The position numbers and the translations under genes are program-made. This document shows, piece by piece, positions 1 to 9,683 of a DNA stretch of 64,000 nucleotides (position 1 is the first letter of the stretch; each line of letters begins with the position of its first letter). This stretch comes from Lutibacter sp. (GTDB taxonomy: Bacteria; Bacteroidota; Bacteroidia; Flavobacteriales; Flavobacteriaceae), in NCBI RefSeq assembly GCF_046055765.1, contig NZ_JASFZF010000040.1, positions 16,536-80,535 on the forward strand. The letters are read 5' to 3'. The notes beneath the pieces were generated by a model. That model was not told the origin of the DNA, ran no database searches, and was given only the letters and a program-made list of their open reading frames with translations.

Positions 1-303
1 CATTGATAAAATATTGTTTGCAGTATCAATTAAAGTTTCCCCTTTTTTTACCGAAGATTGACTTGCTGAAAAATTAATAATGTCAGCTGAAAGTCTTTTT
101 TCAGCTAATTCAAATGAAAGTTTAGTCCGTGTACTGTTTTCAAAAAACAAATTAGCAATAGTAATATCTCTAAGAGATGGTACTTTTTTAATAGGTCTGT
201 TAATTACTTCTTTAAAATGGTCGGCTGTTTTAAAAATTAAATTAATATCAGCTTTATTTAAATGTTTTATACCTAAAAGGTGTTGTACGCTTAACTGGCT
301 CAT
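1..303 (-). CDS. pyrB: aspartate carbamoyltransferase catalytic subunit, N-terminal 101 codons (gene runs off the left edge)
   Basis: Own translation of the minus strand from ATG at 303: [33 protein letters not shown]...[19 protein letters not shown]... It contains the S-T-R-T carbamoyl-phosphate motif and lies 4 nt downstream of pyrR. The + strand track ORF 80..307 is its antisense shadow. Confidence 0.85.
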   Translation of the reverse strand, partial: MSQLSVQHLLGIKHLNKADINLIFKTADHFKEVINRPIKKVPSLRDITIANLFFENSTRTKLSFELAEKRLSADIINFSASQSSVKKGETLIDTANNILSM

Positions 304-307
304 ATAA

Positions 308-847
308 TTAATTATTTATAATATATACCGAATCTTTAGTGTCTTTTTCTCTCCAATTCACGATTACTTTTTCTTCATTTATAACATCTACTTGTCTTCC
401 TGTATAATCGGGTTGAATTGGTAAATGACGGCTAAATCTTCTATCTATTAACACTAAAAGTTCAATATTTGAAGGTCTGCCAAAAGATTGAATGGCTGTT
501 AAAGCTGCTCTAATACTTCTTCCGGAATACAGAACATCATCAATAAAAACAACTTTTTTATCTTCAACTATAAAATCTATTTGAGTTTTATTTGCTTCTA
601 ATGGAGCTTCTCTCCGTCTAAAATCATCTCTATAAAAAGTAATATCTAAATGTCCTAACCTCACATTAGAAACCGAATATTCTGTTTGTAAAATAGCAAC
701 TAAACGTTCCGCTAAAAAAATACCTCTTGGTTGAATTCCAATAAGAACAGTGTTTTCAAAATGGTGATGATTCTCAATTAACTGACAAGCTAATCGATGT
801 AAAATAATATCAATTTCTTTAGAGTTAAGTAGTGTTTTTTTACTCAT
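308..847 (-). CDS. pyrR: bifunctional pyr operon regulator / uracil phosphoribosyltransferase PyrR
   Basis: PRPP-binding loop [13 protein letters not shown] and a PyrR-like N-terminus ([17 protein letters not shown]). ATG 847 is preferred over track start 862 because a -7 box lies 26 nt upstream of 847. Confidence 0.85.
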   Translation of the reverse strand: MSKKTLLNSKEIDIILHRLACQLIENHHHFENTVLIGIQPRGIFLAERLVAILQTEYSVSNVRLGHLDITFYRDDFRRREAPLEANKTQIDFIVEDKKVVFIDDVLYSGRSIRAALTAIQSFGRPSNIELLVLIDRRFSRHLPIQPDYTGRQVDVINEEKVIVNWREKDTKDSVYIINN

Positions 848-873
848 GGTAATACCAAACATTGTTTGGAATA

Positions 874-881
874 CAAATATA
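874..881 (-). promoter_or_regulatory. candidate Bacteroidota sigma-A -7 box (TATATTTG on minus strand) for pyrR-pyrB
   Basis: CAAATATA on the + strand matches the reverse complement of TAnnTTTG, 26 nt upstream of ATG 847. Confidence 0.4.
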
Positions 882-983
882 CAGCATTTTGTTAATTAAT
901 TTGTTAAAAACATTAGAAGTTAAATTTAAATGCTTTGAAAAGTTCTTGTACTTTTATTTTATAATAAAAATAGATTTTTTCGT

Positions 984-2378
984 ATGTCTTTAACTCCTAA
1001 AGAGAATAATCTTTCGTTATCAAAATTTGAATCTATGCTCAAAACTGATAGCGTATACTTTTTTGATTCTGCTGAATTTGAAGAGATTATACATTATTAT
1101 TTGGATTTAGGTAAAAATTCACTTGCAAAAAAAGCAATCAAATTAGGTTTAGCGCAACATCCAAAATCTGTTCTGTTAAAATTACTTTGGGCTGAAATTT
1201 TGATTTTTGATGGTGAAATTGATAAAGCTACTGTTTTGTTAAAAGAGTTACAGGCGATAGAGCCAACAAATGAAGAAATTTACGTACAACAAGCAAATAT
1301 TTGTTCAAAAAGAAACGATCATAATGGAGCTATAAACCTGTTAAAAATAGCATTAGCTTATACTGATGATGAAGCAGATATTTTATCAATGATTGGTATG
1401 GAATACTTATTTTTAGACAATTTTGATAATGCACGTTTAAATTTCGCAAAATGTTTAGAAGTAGATTTTGAAGATTACTCATCACTGTATAATGTAATTT
1501 ACTGCTTTGATATGGAAAATAAACATACCGAAGCAATAGAGTATTTAAATAATTATATTAATAAAGATCCCTATAGTGAAGTTGCTTGGCATCAATTAGG
1601 AAGGCAATATTTTATTATAGAGAATTTTAAAGAAGCGTTAAAGGCGTTTGATTATGCCGTTTTAATTGATGAGTATTTTGTTGGAGGTTATCTGGAAAAA
1701 GCGAAGACATTAGAACAGTTAAATAATTATAAAGCAGCAATAGAAAATTATAAAATAACCCTTGAGTTAGATGATGCAACGTCATTTGTATTTTTAAGAA
1801 TAGGTGAGTGCTACGAAAAATTAGATAAAACTACACTTGCAATTCAGTATTTTAAAAAGGCTGTTCATGAAGATCCATTATTGGATAAGGGATGGATTGC
1901 AATTACAAAATTATATTTAAAAGAAAAAAAATATAGAAAAGCTCTTTTTTATATTAATAAAGCTTTAGAAATAGATGAGCAAAATAGTATTTACTGGCGT
2001 AAATATGCTGAAATTAATTTAAACTTAGATTTTTTTGAAGAAGCTGTACATGCATTTCAACAATGCATATTGTTGCAAGATTTTGATATAACAATTTGGC
2101 TAGGTTTATGTGATACTTTGTGTTTTATTGGAGAATATGAGGATGCTTTATCTAATTTATTGAAAGCAAAGGCTTATTTTAAGGATTTTGCAGAAATTGA
2201 ATATAGATTAAGTGGTTTATGTTTTAAATTTAAAAACTTAAAAAAAGGAACAGTGCATTTGAAGGCTGCATTGAAAATAGATTTTGAATATCAATATACT
2301 TTAAAAGAATTATTTCCTGATGTTTATAAAATGCAAGAAGTGAAAGACATTATAACTAATTTCAAAAAAACTTCATAA
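984..2378 (+). CDS. tetratricopeptide (TPR) repeat protein
   Basis: 464 aa of repeated ~34-residue helical units with TPR-like W/Y..LG..Y....EA...F..AL..D patterns. No catalytic motif seen. Confidence 0.7.
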   Translation: MSLTPKENNLSLSKFESMLKTDSVYFFDSAEFEEIIHYYLDLGKNSLAKKAIKLGLAQHPKSVLLKLLWAEILIFDGEIDKATVLLKELQAIEPTNEEIYVQQANICSKRNDHNGAINLLKIALAYTDDEADILSMIGMEYLFLDNFDNARLNFAKCLEVDFEDYSSLYNVIYCFDMENKHTEAIEYLNNYINKDPYSEVAWHQLGRQYFIIENFKEALKAFDYAVLIDEYFVGGYLEKAKTLEQLNNYKAAIENYKITLELDDATSFVFLRIGECYEKLDKTTLAIQYFKKAVHEDPLLDKGWIAITKLYLKEKKYRKALFYINKALEIDEQNSIYWRKYAEINLNLDFFEEAVHAFQQCILLQDFDITIWLGLCDTLCFIGEYEDALSNLLKAKAYFKDFAEIEYRLSGLCFKFKNLKKGTVHLKAALKIDFEYQYTLKELFPDVYKMQEVKDIITNFKKTS

Positions 2379-2387
2379 TAAAAATAT

Positions 2388-2395
2388 TACATTTG
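2388..2395 (+). promoter_or_regulatory. candidate -7 box (TACATTTG) for the DUF368-DUF368-aroE unit
   Basis: TAnnTTTG match, 23 nt upstream of ATG 2419. Confidence 0.45.
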
Positions 2396-2418
2396 TCAAT
2401 CTAACTTTTAAAAGACAA

Positions 2419-3345
2419 ATGCAGCAACGAAAATTTAAACACTATTTTATAATTTCTTTAAAAGGAATGGCCATGGGTGCGGCTGATGTTGTTCCAGGAG
2501 TTTCTGGAGGTACAATAGCTTTTATTTCAGGTATTTATGAAGAATTGTTAACTTCAATTAGTTCAGTAAATTTTAGAACTTTAAAATTGCTAAAAACGAA
2601 TGGTGTAAAAGCAGCCTGGAAAGCCATTAATGGTAATTTTTTAGTAGCATTACTTATAGGTATTTTTATAAGTATAATATCATTAGCTAAAATAATTTCT
2701 TGGTTGTTAGAGCATAAACCAATTTTGGTTTGGGCGTTCTTTTTTGGATTAGTATTAGCAAGTATTTTATATATAGGAAAGCAAATTTCAAAGTGGAATA
2801 TAATAACCATTATTGTGTTATTAGCTGGGGTTGGAATTGCATACTATATTACAACTTTAGAACCTTTAATTTCAGTAAATTCATCACCTCTATTTTTATT
2901 TTTAGCAGGTGCAATTGCTATTTGTGCTATGATTTTACCTGGAATTTCAGGTGCTTTTATATTGGTTTTGCTGGGAGCTTATAAACCGGTTTTAGAAGCA
3001 ATTCATAACAAAGATTTTAAGTTAATTGCAATTTTGGCTTTGGGTGCAATTGTAGGTTTATTGTCTTTTTCAAAAGTATTAAAATGGTTATTTAAGAATC
3101 ACAAAAATTACACATTAGCTGTATTAACAGGCTTTATTTTGGGGTCACTCAATAAAATTTGGCCATGGAAAAAAACGTTAACTTGGCGTACTAATTCTCA
3201 CGGAATAGAAGTCCCATTTAACCAACAAAGTATTTCTCCTTTTTCATTTGATGGTGATTCTCAAATATTTTATGCAATCCTTTTATCAGTAATTGGTTTT
3301 GCAGTTATTATTTTATTAGAAAAATTAGCTAGTAGCAATAATTAA
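2419..3345 (+). CDS. DUF368 family membrane protein (polyprenyl-phosphate translocase family), paralogue 1
   Basis: Multi-pass membrane protein with the blocks KGMAMGAADVVPGVSGGT and LPGISGAFILVLLGAY. Confidence 0.8.
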   Translation: MQQRKFKHYFIISLKGMAMGAADVVPGVSGGTIAFISGIYEELLTSISSVNFRTLKLLKTNGVKAAWKAINGNFLVALLIGIFISIISLAKIISWLLEHKPILVWAFFFGLVLASILYIGKQISKWNIITIIVLLAGVGIAYYITTLEPLISVNSSPLFLFLAGAIAICAMILPGISGAFILVLLGAYKPVLEAIHNKDFKLIAILALGAIVGLLSFSKVLKWLFKNHKNYTLAVLTGFILGSLNKIWPWKKTLTWRTNSHGIEVPFNQQSISPFSFDGDSQIFYAILLSVIGFAVIILLEKLASSNN

Positions 3346-3355
3346 AGCTTAATTT

Positions 3356-4378
3356 ATGGCAAGAGAACGTGGTATATTAGATAAATTTTTCCTTTTTATA
3401 AAAGGATTATCTATGGGTGCTGCAAATAAAGTTCCCGGTGTATCTGGTGGAACAGTTTCATTTGTATTAGGCTTTTATGAAGAAATGATATATTCTTTTC
3501 GGAAAATAAATTATAAAGCATTTTTACTACTTATTAACGGTAGGTTTAAAAGTTTTTATGCTTATACCAATGCTACATTTTTATTACTTGTTTTTGGAGG
3601 GAGTATGTTTAGTTATTTTAGCGTTTCACTTGTGCTAGATTATTTATTACAACATTATGAACTTTATGTTTGGAGTTCTTTTTTCGGAATGATTTTAGGA
3701 TCCATTTATTACATTTCAAAAGACTTTAATGATTGGCGTACGAGTAATATTGTTTCAATGGCTATTGGGGTTGGACTCGGAATTGCTATAAGCTTTATGG
3801 ATCCAGCAAAAGAAAATGACAATTTATGGTTTGTATTTGCTTGTGGAATCATTGGAGTCTCAGGAATGACATTACCAGGCCTTTCAGGTTCATTTATACT
3901 CATTTTATTGGGTAATTATGTTTTGTTATTGGTAGATTCTGTAACCATGCTATATAAAACTTTTGAAGAAATTTTTATAGGAGATTTTAGTTTTATTGAT
4001 AACCAAGAACGGATAAGATATTTAAAAATTATAGCATCATTTACAGGGGGGTCAGCATTTGGTTTAGTATTTACATCTCATATATTAGGATATGTATTAA
4101 AGCGCTGGCATCAAATTGTTACAGCAGTAATAATTGGATTTATAACAGGTTCTTTAGGTATTGTATGGCCCTGGAAAGAAGGAGTTTATAAATTTGAAAA
4201 TGGGAAAGCACTTATTGATGCAAATGGAAACAAAGTGATAGAAAATTTTCAAAGATATTTCCCTGATTTTTCACAGCAAGAAACTTGGTTTGCTCTTTTT
4301 TATATACTAATTGGTTTAGGAATAATATTATTATTAGATAAATACGGAACAGAACGTAAAGAATATATTGATGGATAA
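3356..4378 (+). CDS. DUF368 family membrane protein, paralogue 2
   Basis: Same blocks as paralogue 1 (KGLSMGAANKVPGVSGGT, LPGLSGSFILILLGNY). It starts 10 nt after paralogue 1. Confidence 0.8.
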   Translation: MARERGILDKFFLFIKGLSMGAANKVPGVSGGTVSFVLGFYEEMIYSFRKINYKAFLLLINGRFKSFYAYTNATFLLLVFGGSMFSYFSVSLVLDYLLQHYELYVWSSFFGMILGSIYYISKDFNDWRTSNIVSMAIGVGLGIAISFMDPAKENDNLWFVFACGIIGVSGMTLPGLSGSFILILLGNYVLLLVDSVTMLYKTFEEIFIGDFSFIDNQERIRYLKIIASFTGGSAFGLVFTSHILGYVLKRWHQIVTAVIIGFITGSLGIVWPWKEGVYKFENGKALIDANGNKVIENFQRYFPDFSQQETWFALFYILIGLGIILLLDKYGTERKEYIDG

Positions 4379-5117
4379 TCGTTGTAAATTTGGTTTGATA
4401 GGGAAAAATATTTCCTATTCCTTTTCGAAAAAATATTTTACTGAGAAGTTTAAAAATTTAAGTTTAAATTCTTATAGATATACTAATTATGATCTTCCAG
4501 AAATAGAAGAATTTCCTTTTGTAATATATCAACGAGAAGATGAATTTAAAGGATTTAATGTTACAATTCCATATAAGCAATCTATTATTAAATATTTAGA
4601 TGATATAGATGCAGATGCTCAAAAAATAGGAGCTGTCAACACCATAAAAATAACAAAAGAAAATAAAATAATTGGTTATAATACAGATGTTTATGGATTT
4701 CAAAAATCATTAGAACCCCTTTTGCTAAAGCATCATAAAAAAGCACTTATTTTGGGTACTGGAGGCGCTTCAAAAGCAGTTGCTTTTGCATTGTCTAAAT
4801 TAGGTATAAAATATGAATTTGTTTCGAGAAGTGTCGCAGAAAACACGTATTTATACTCTATTTTAAACCAACAAATTATGGAGGAATACACAATAATAAT
4901 AAATTGTACACCTTTAGGAACCTTTCCAAACGTTGGAGAAACCCCAAACATTCCTTATGAGTTTATTACTAATAAACATTTATTATTTGACCTAATTTAT
5001 AATCCTTCCGAAACTAAATTTTTAAAGGAAGGTAAAAAAAGAGGAGCTATCATAAAAAATGGACTTGAAATGCTTGAATTACAAGCAGAAAAGTCTTGGG
5101 AAATATGGAATTCCTAA
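4371..5117 (+). CDS. aroE: shikimate dehydrogenase
   Basis: NVTIPYK substrate motif and GTGGASKAV NADP loop. ATG 4371 overlaps the stop of the upstream gene (ATGGATAA). The track start 4368 is TTG. Confidence 0.85.
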   Translation: MDNRCKFGLIGKNISYSFSKKYFTEKFKNLSLNSYRYTNYDLPEIEEFPFVIYQREDEFKGFNVTIPYKQSIIKYLDDIDADAQKIGAVNTIKITKENKIIGYNTDVYGFQKSLEPLLLKHHKKALILGTGGASKAVAFALSKLGIKYEFVSRSVAENTYLYSILNQQIMEEYTIIINCTPLGTFPNVGETPNIPYEFITNKHLLFDLIYNPSETKFLKEGKKRGAIIKNGLEMLELQAEKSWEIWNS

Positions 5118-5173
5118 AAAAGAAATTCTTAAATTTACGCAACTTATAATAAGATTATACATCTTATATTGAG

Positions 5174-5192
5174 ACAGTAATTTGATTACTGT
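5174..5192 (+). terminator. possible hairpin terminator after aroE
   Basis: ACAGTAAT-ttg-ATTACTGT forms an 8-bp perfect stem, but only a short T run follows it. Confidence 0.35.
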
Positions 5193-5240
5193 TTATAAAT
5201 TATTAATGAAAATAATTAATTGAACCTTAAACATTTTTAT

Positions 5241-7274
5241 ATGTTAGACGAAAGTAAAAAAGTACCAAACGAAGAAGAAAGCAATTTAACTCCTCAAAAT
5301 TCTGAAACCTCAGAAGAAAACCAAATAACTAATGTAACTAAAGATGATGTTTCTTCATCAAATAAAGTAATTGAAGAAGTTAAAAAAGTAACTTCCGAAG
5401 TTAAAGAAGAAAATATTTTAGAACCAGCTACTGAAAAAAGTGGTGAGAATGAGGAAGTTGAAGTTGTAAATGAAGATGAAACTCCTTCAGTAAATAAAGC
5501 TATTGATGAAATTGAAAGTAAAATTGCAGAAAGTTCAGAAAAAACAGAACATGAAGTGATTGAAATGATTGATTATGAAAAACTTAATATAGAAGAGTTA
5601 GTTAAGGAACTAAGCAAATTAGTAAAGGAACATCCGGTTCAAAGTATTCATAATAATGTAAATATTATTAAAAATACGTTTAACATTAAGTTTGGAGAAT
5701 TATTAAAAAAAGAAAAAGCAACATTTATTGAAGGTGGAGGTGAAGTGATAGATTTTCAATATAGTAATCCAGTAAAATCTAATTACAATAGCATTCTTTA
5801 TGATTATAAGGTTAAAAAGAATGAGTTTTATAAGAAACAAGATAGTCAGTTAAATGATAATCTTCATAATAAGCTAGCTCTAATTGAAGATTTAAAACAT
5901 TTAATTGATAATGCGGAAGGCGAAACAATGTATAAGATGTTTAAAGGAATTCAAGATAGATGGAGAGAAATAGGCCCTATTCCAAGAGCAAAATATAATG
6001 ATACCTGGAGGACTTATGAGCACCATGTTGAACGCTTTTATGATTTATTACATTTAAGTAATGATTTGCGTGATTTAGATTTTAAACATAATTATGAAGA
6101 AAAATTAGCGCTAGTTGTTAAAGCAGAAGAGTTAGCCGAATTAGAAGATATTAATTTAGCGTTTAATGAACTTCAAATATTACATAAACTTTGGAAAGAA
6201 GATATTGGTCCTGTTGGAAGAGATAATAGAGAAGAAGTTTGGGAACGCTTTAGTGCAGCTACAAAAAAAGTACATGACAAACGCCATGATTATTTTAAAG
6301 ATTTAAGATCTAAATTTGATGAAAATGTAGATGAAAAGTTAGCAGTTATTTCTAAGATTGATTCTTTAGATACTTCAAAAAATAAAAGCCGATCTGATTG
6401 GCAAAAAAGTATTAAAGAAATAGAAGAATTAAGAAATAAATTTTTTAGTATTGGACAAGTTCCAAGAGGAAAAAGTAACGAAATTTGGGCGAAATTTAAA
6501 GATGCTACTAAAAAATTCAATATAGAAAAAAATAAGTTTTTTAAAGAAGTAAAAAAAGAACAATTAGATAATTTAAATGCTAAGAAATTACTTATTGAAC
6601 GTGCAATAGCTTTAAAAGATAGTGAAGATTGGGATGTTGCTACTGGTATAATGAAGAAAATACAAGCCGATTGGAAAAATATTGGTCACGTACCTCGTAA
6701 ATATTCTGATAAATTGTGGAAAGAGTTTAAAGATGCTTGTAACCATTATTTTGATAGACTACACTCTGAACAAGATGCGGGGAATAAGGTAGAATTAGAA
6801 GTGTTTCTTAAAAAGAAAGAGCTTTTAGCTGAGATTAAAAAAACAGTAGATTCTAAAGAAGAAATTACTTTAGAAAATCTTAAAGTTTATGTGGATAATT
6901 GGAGAGCTTTAGGTAGAGTTCCTTATGAAATGAAGCACATTGAAGTTAAATTTAATAAACTAATAGATAAAATAGTTGAATCAAATTCAATTGATGCCAA
7001 AGAGGTGGAAATGATTAAATTTGAAAATTTAATAAATAGCTATTTAGAACAAAAAAATTACCACAAATTAAATGGTGAACAACTTTTTGTTAGAAAAAAG
7101 ATTGATGAAACGGTTAGAGAAATTCAACAATTAGAAAATAATATTGGATTTATTTCTAATGCGTCTCCAGATAATCCATTACTTAAGAATGTGATGGGTA
7201 ATATTTCAGTTTATAAAGATAAATTGGAAGTTTGGAAAATCAAATTAGAATATTTAAAAAAGTTAGATTATTAA
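5241..7274 (+). CDS. DUF349 repeat protein
   Basis: Acidic Ser/Glu-rich N-terminus followed by five repeats of the W..IG.VPR.....W..F form (e.g. RWREIGPIPRAKYNDTWRTYE, ADWKNIGHVPRKYSDKLWKEF). ATG 5241 is preferred over TTG 5220. Confidence 0.75.
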   Translation: MLDESKKVPNEEESNLTPQNSETSEENQITNVTKDDVSSSNKVIEEVKKVTSEVKEENILEPATEKSGENEEVEVVNEDETPSVNKAIDEIESKIAESSEKTEHEVIEMIDYEKLNIEELVKELSKLVKEHPVQSIHNNVNIIKNTFNIKFGELLKKEKATFIEGGGEVIDFQYSNPVKSNYNSILYDYKVKKNEFYKKQDSQLNDNLHNKLALIEDLKHLIDNAEGETMYKMFKGIQDRWREIGPIPRAKYNDTWRTYEHHVERFYDLLHLSNDLRDLDFKHNYEEKLALVVKAEELAELEDINLAFNELQILHKLWKEDIGPVGRDNREEVWERFSAATKKVHDKRHDYFKDLRSKFDENVDEKLAVISKIDSLDTSKNKSRSDWQKSIKEIEELRNKFFSIGQVPRGKSNEIWAKFKDATKKFNIEKNKFFKEVKKEQLDNLNAKKLLIERAIALKDSEDWDVATGIMKKIQADWKNIGHVPRKYSDKLWKEFKDACNHYFDRLHSEQDAGNKVELEVFLKKKELLAEIKKTVDSKEEITLENLKVYVDNWRALGRVPYEMKHIEVKFNKLIDKIVESNSIDAKEVEMIKFENLINSYLEQKNYHKLNGEQLFVRKKIDETVREIQQLENNIGFISNASPDNPLLKNVMGNISVYKDKLEVWKIKLEYLKKLDY

Positions 7275-7306
7275 AAAAAAAGCCTGCTTTAAGCAGGCTT
7301 TTTTTT
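7273..7306. terminator. bidirectional rho-independent terminator (DUF349 gene / yceI-like gene)
   Basis: A8-AGCCTGC-tttaa-GCAGGCT-T8 lies between the two convergent genes. Confidence 0.85.
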
Positions 7307-7919
7307 ATTCATATTTTAAAGAAGTGGTAACTTCAATTTTAACTTCGCTCCAAGTTTTTGAAATACCATCATCACCTGAATGTAAGTCTTTGCAGGCAGT
7401 GTTTAAAGTTTCAATTGCTAGTTGCGCTTGCCAGTTATCTAAATTCATAACAGCTTCAATAGTTACCATATTATCGCTAATTACATAAGTTACTGGTAAA
7501 ACTTTAGAAATTCCATTCATAGTTAATTCAACAGTACCAGACGTTTCGTTATTCATAGAAATGATACCTGAAATAGAATTGGTATCTTTCATAGTGCCAA
7601 AAAAGAATTTTTTTAATTTCGCATCTCTAATAGTATCTTTTGTAAAGATACTATTTACGGAAATATCAAATTTTAGACCATTTAATGCTTCTTGTACTGT
7701 TGATGATTTTTTTGAATTTTCAATGGTTACTTCAGTAAATTGGCCTTTAACAGGAACTTTATTTGTTGTTTTATAAGCAATCCAATTTATAGTAGTTGTT
7801 TTTGCCTCAACAGTATATCCTTTTTTAATAGGTGTATTTTCTTTTTTTTCTTTGTTTTTACAAGATGAAATTGTTATTATTGTTAATAATAACAAGCTAA
7901 TAGTAAGTACTTTTTTCAT
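7305..7919 (-). CDS. YceI-like lipoprotein
   Basis: Lipoprotein signal LLLLTIITISSC and a YceI-like pattern INWIAYKTTNKVPVKGQF. Confidence 0.6.
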   Translation of the reverse strand: MKKVLTISLLLLTIITISSCKNKEKKENTPIKKGYTVEAKTTTINWIAYKTTNKVPVKGQFTEVTIENSKKSSTVQEALNGLKFDISVNSIFTKDTIRDAKLKKFFFGTMKDTNSISGIISMNNETSGTVELTMNGISKVLPVTYVISDNMVTIEAVMNLDNWQAQLAIETLNTACKDLHSGDDGISKTWSEVKIEVTTSLKYE

Positions 7920-7927
7920 GATTATTT

Positions 7928-8188
7928 CTATTTTAAATGTTTATTTACAAGGTTTATGTATTCTTGTTTTGCTTCTTTTTCAGATAAATGGCTTAATTGA
8001 AACCATGCATTTAATTTAAATGAATTTCTTAATTGAATATCTCCTGAAGGTTGTTTATAATTATTTCCTTTTGTTGCTTGTTTATAATATGCATAAAAAG
8101 CAAGCATAACATCAGGTGCTAATTTAATTGTTGTATTACACGCAAATGTATAAGCCTCTTTAAATTCAATATTTAATTTGTCATTCAT
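7928..8188 (-). CDS. acyl-CoA-binding protein (ACBP)
   Basis: 86 aa with the ACBP core pattern ...P....ML.FYAYYKQATKGN... Confidence 0.7.
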   Translation of the reverse strand: MNDKLNIEFKEAYTFACNTTIKLAPDVMLAFYAYYKQATKGNNYKQPSGDIQLRNSFKLNAWFQLSHLSEKEAKQEYINLVNKHLK

Positions 8189-8208
8189 TAATTTTATTTT
8201 AAAAGAAG

Positions 8209-8859
8209 TTATAGAGTAGCAATTATTTGTTCACCGCCTTTAACTTTATCATTTAGTTTTACATTAATTTTAGCATTTAAAGGTAAAAACAAATCGACAC
8301 GAGATCCAAATTTAATAAAACCAGCATCATTTCCTTGCACAGCTGTTTCATTAATTTTAGCGTAGTTAACAATTCTTTTAGCTAATGCACCTGCAATTTG
8401 TCGGTAAAGTATTTCACCAGCAGTTTCATTTTTTATTACAATAGTTGTACGCTCATTTTCTTCGGAAGATTTAGGATGCCAAGCAACCAAATATTTTCCT
8501 GGATGATATTTGCTAAATAATATTTTTCCACTAATTGGGTATCTAGTTACGTGTACATTTATAGGAGACATAAATATAGAAACTTGTAAGCGTTTATCTT
8601 TAAAGTATTCTTTTTCAAATACTTCCTCAATAACTACTACTTTTCCATCAACAGGAGCAATAATATTATTGACATTTAAAATTGTTTTTCTTTGAGGATT
8701 TCTAAAAAATTGCAAAATTAAAATGTAGAATACTAATAAAATTAATGCTAATAATTTATTTAACCAATTAGTTGAAATAAAATTTTCAATTATAATAATT
8801 CCTGCACTTAATATAAATGTAGCAATTAAAATTATTTTAAAGCCTTCTTTATGAAACAT
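8209..8859 (-). CDS. psd: phosphatidylserine decarboxylase proenzyme
   Basis: N-terminal TM helices, a C-terminal FGSRVD self-cleavage-type motif, and a position next to cdsA. Confidence 0.85.
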   Translation of the reverse strand: MFHKEGFKIILIATFILSAGIIIIENFISTNWLNKLLALILLVFYILILQFFRNPQRKTILNVNNIIAPVDGKVVVIEEVFEKEYFKDKRLQVSIFMSPINVHVTRYPISGKILFSKYHPGKYLVAWHPKSSEENERTTIVIKNETAGEILYRQIAGALAKRIVNYAKINETAVQGNDAGFIKFGSRVDLFLPLNAKINVKLNDKVKGGEQIIATL

Positions 8860-8861
8860 AG

Positions 8862-9680
8862 TTATTGTACAAATTGTAAGTATATAAATATAAATGGTGC
8901 AGCAAATATAACACTATCAAACCTATCTAAAAAACCACCATGGCCAGGAATAAAATTGCTGCTATCTTTAACCCCCGCTTGTCTTTTAAACATAGATTCA
9001 ATTAAATCGCCTAGTACACCAAATACACTAACAATTCCTGCAATTACAATCCATTGAATTAATGAAAGTGTTGTCGTAAATTGTTGTGCTAAAATAATGC
9101 TAAGAATAAAGGTGAAAATCATTCCCCCAATAAATCCTTCTACAGTTTTATTTGGGGAAATACGTGGTAGAAGCTTATGTTTACCAAAGTTTTTACCTAC
9201 CAAATAAGCAAAACTATCATTGGTCCAAATCAAAAGAAAAACACCTAAAATAGTGGTATTCACATAGTTAAAATCGGCATTTAGAAAAGGTATTTTTACA
9301 ATTAGTGTAAACGGTACTACAATATAAATAATTGATAAAAATATTTTCCCCAAATGGCTTATAACCTCTTCTTTTTTTGCAAATAAAATTGATGCAAATG
9401 TGATGAAAATTGTAAGAAAGAGTGATAGGCCAACATAATCAAATATCATTTTTCTGGGGATATCTTCAACACCTAATATATTTCCAAAAATAAAAAGTAA
9501 AGTTCCTATTAGATATGGAAATATACTTTTTAGTTGAATCATTTTTTTAAATTCATATAAGCAAAACATCATTAAAATAAAAAAAAGCACAATAAAAAAA
9601 ATTTTACTGTATAGGATTGAGAATATTAAAACACTAACAAATACAATTCCTGAAAGTGCACGTTTAAAAAAATTATTCAT
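8862..9680 (-). CDS. cdsA: phosphatidate cytidylyltransferase
   Basis: Signature SMFKRQAGVKDSSNFIPGHGGFLDRFDS in a polytopic membrane protein. Confidence 0.9.
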   Translation of the reverse strand: MNNFFKRALSGIVFVSVLIFSILYSKIFFIVLFFILMMFCLYEFKKMIQLKSIFPYLIGTLLFIFGNILGVEDIPRKMIFDYVGLSLFLTIFITFASILFAKKEEVISHLGKIFLSIIYIVVPFTLIVKIPFLNADFNYVNTTILGVFLLIWTNDSFAYLVGKNFGKHKLLPRISPNKTVEGFIGGMIFTFILSIILAQQFTTTLSLIQWIVIAGIVSVFGVLGDLIESMFKRQAGVKDSSNFIPGHGGFLDRFDSVIFAAPFIFIYLQFVQ

Positions 9681-9683
9681 AAA

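Noticed and set aside
80-307. Track ORF of 75 aa on the + strand
   Set aside because: It lies entirely antisense to a clear pyrB N-terminus (S-T-R-T motif) read on the minus strand, so it is a shadow ORF.
855-869. Palindrome CCAAAC-att-GTTTGG just upstream of the pyrR start
   Set aside because: It is only 6 bp with a 3-nt loop and probably straddles the transcription start predicted from the -7 box. That is too weak to call a regulatory hairpin.
848-983. PyrR-binding attenuator in the pyrR leader
   Set aside because: I could not find anything resembling the Bacillus-type PyrR binding loop (A-R-U-C-C-A-G-A-G-A-G-G) on the minus strand, and no terminator/antiterminator pair.
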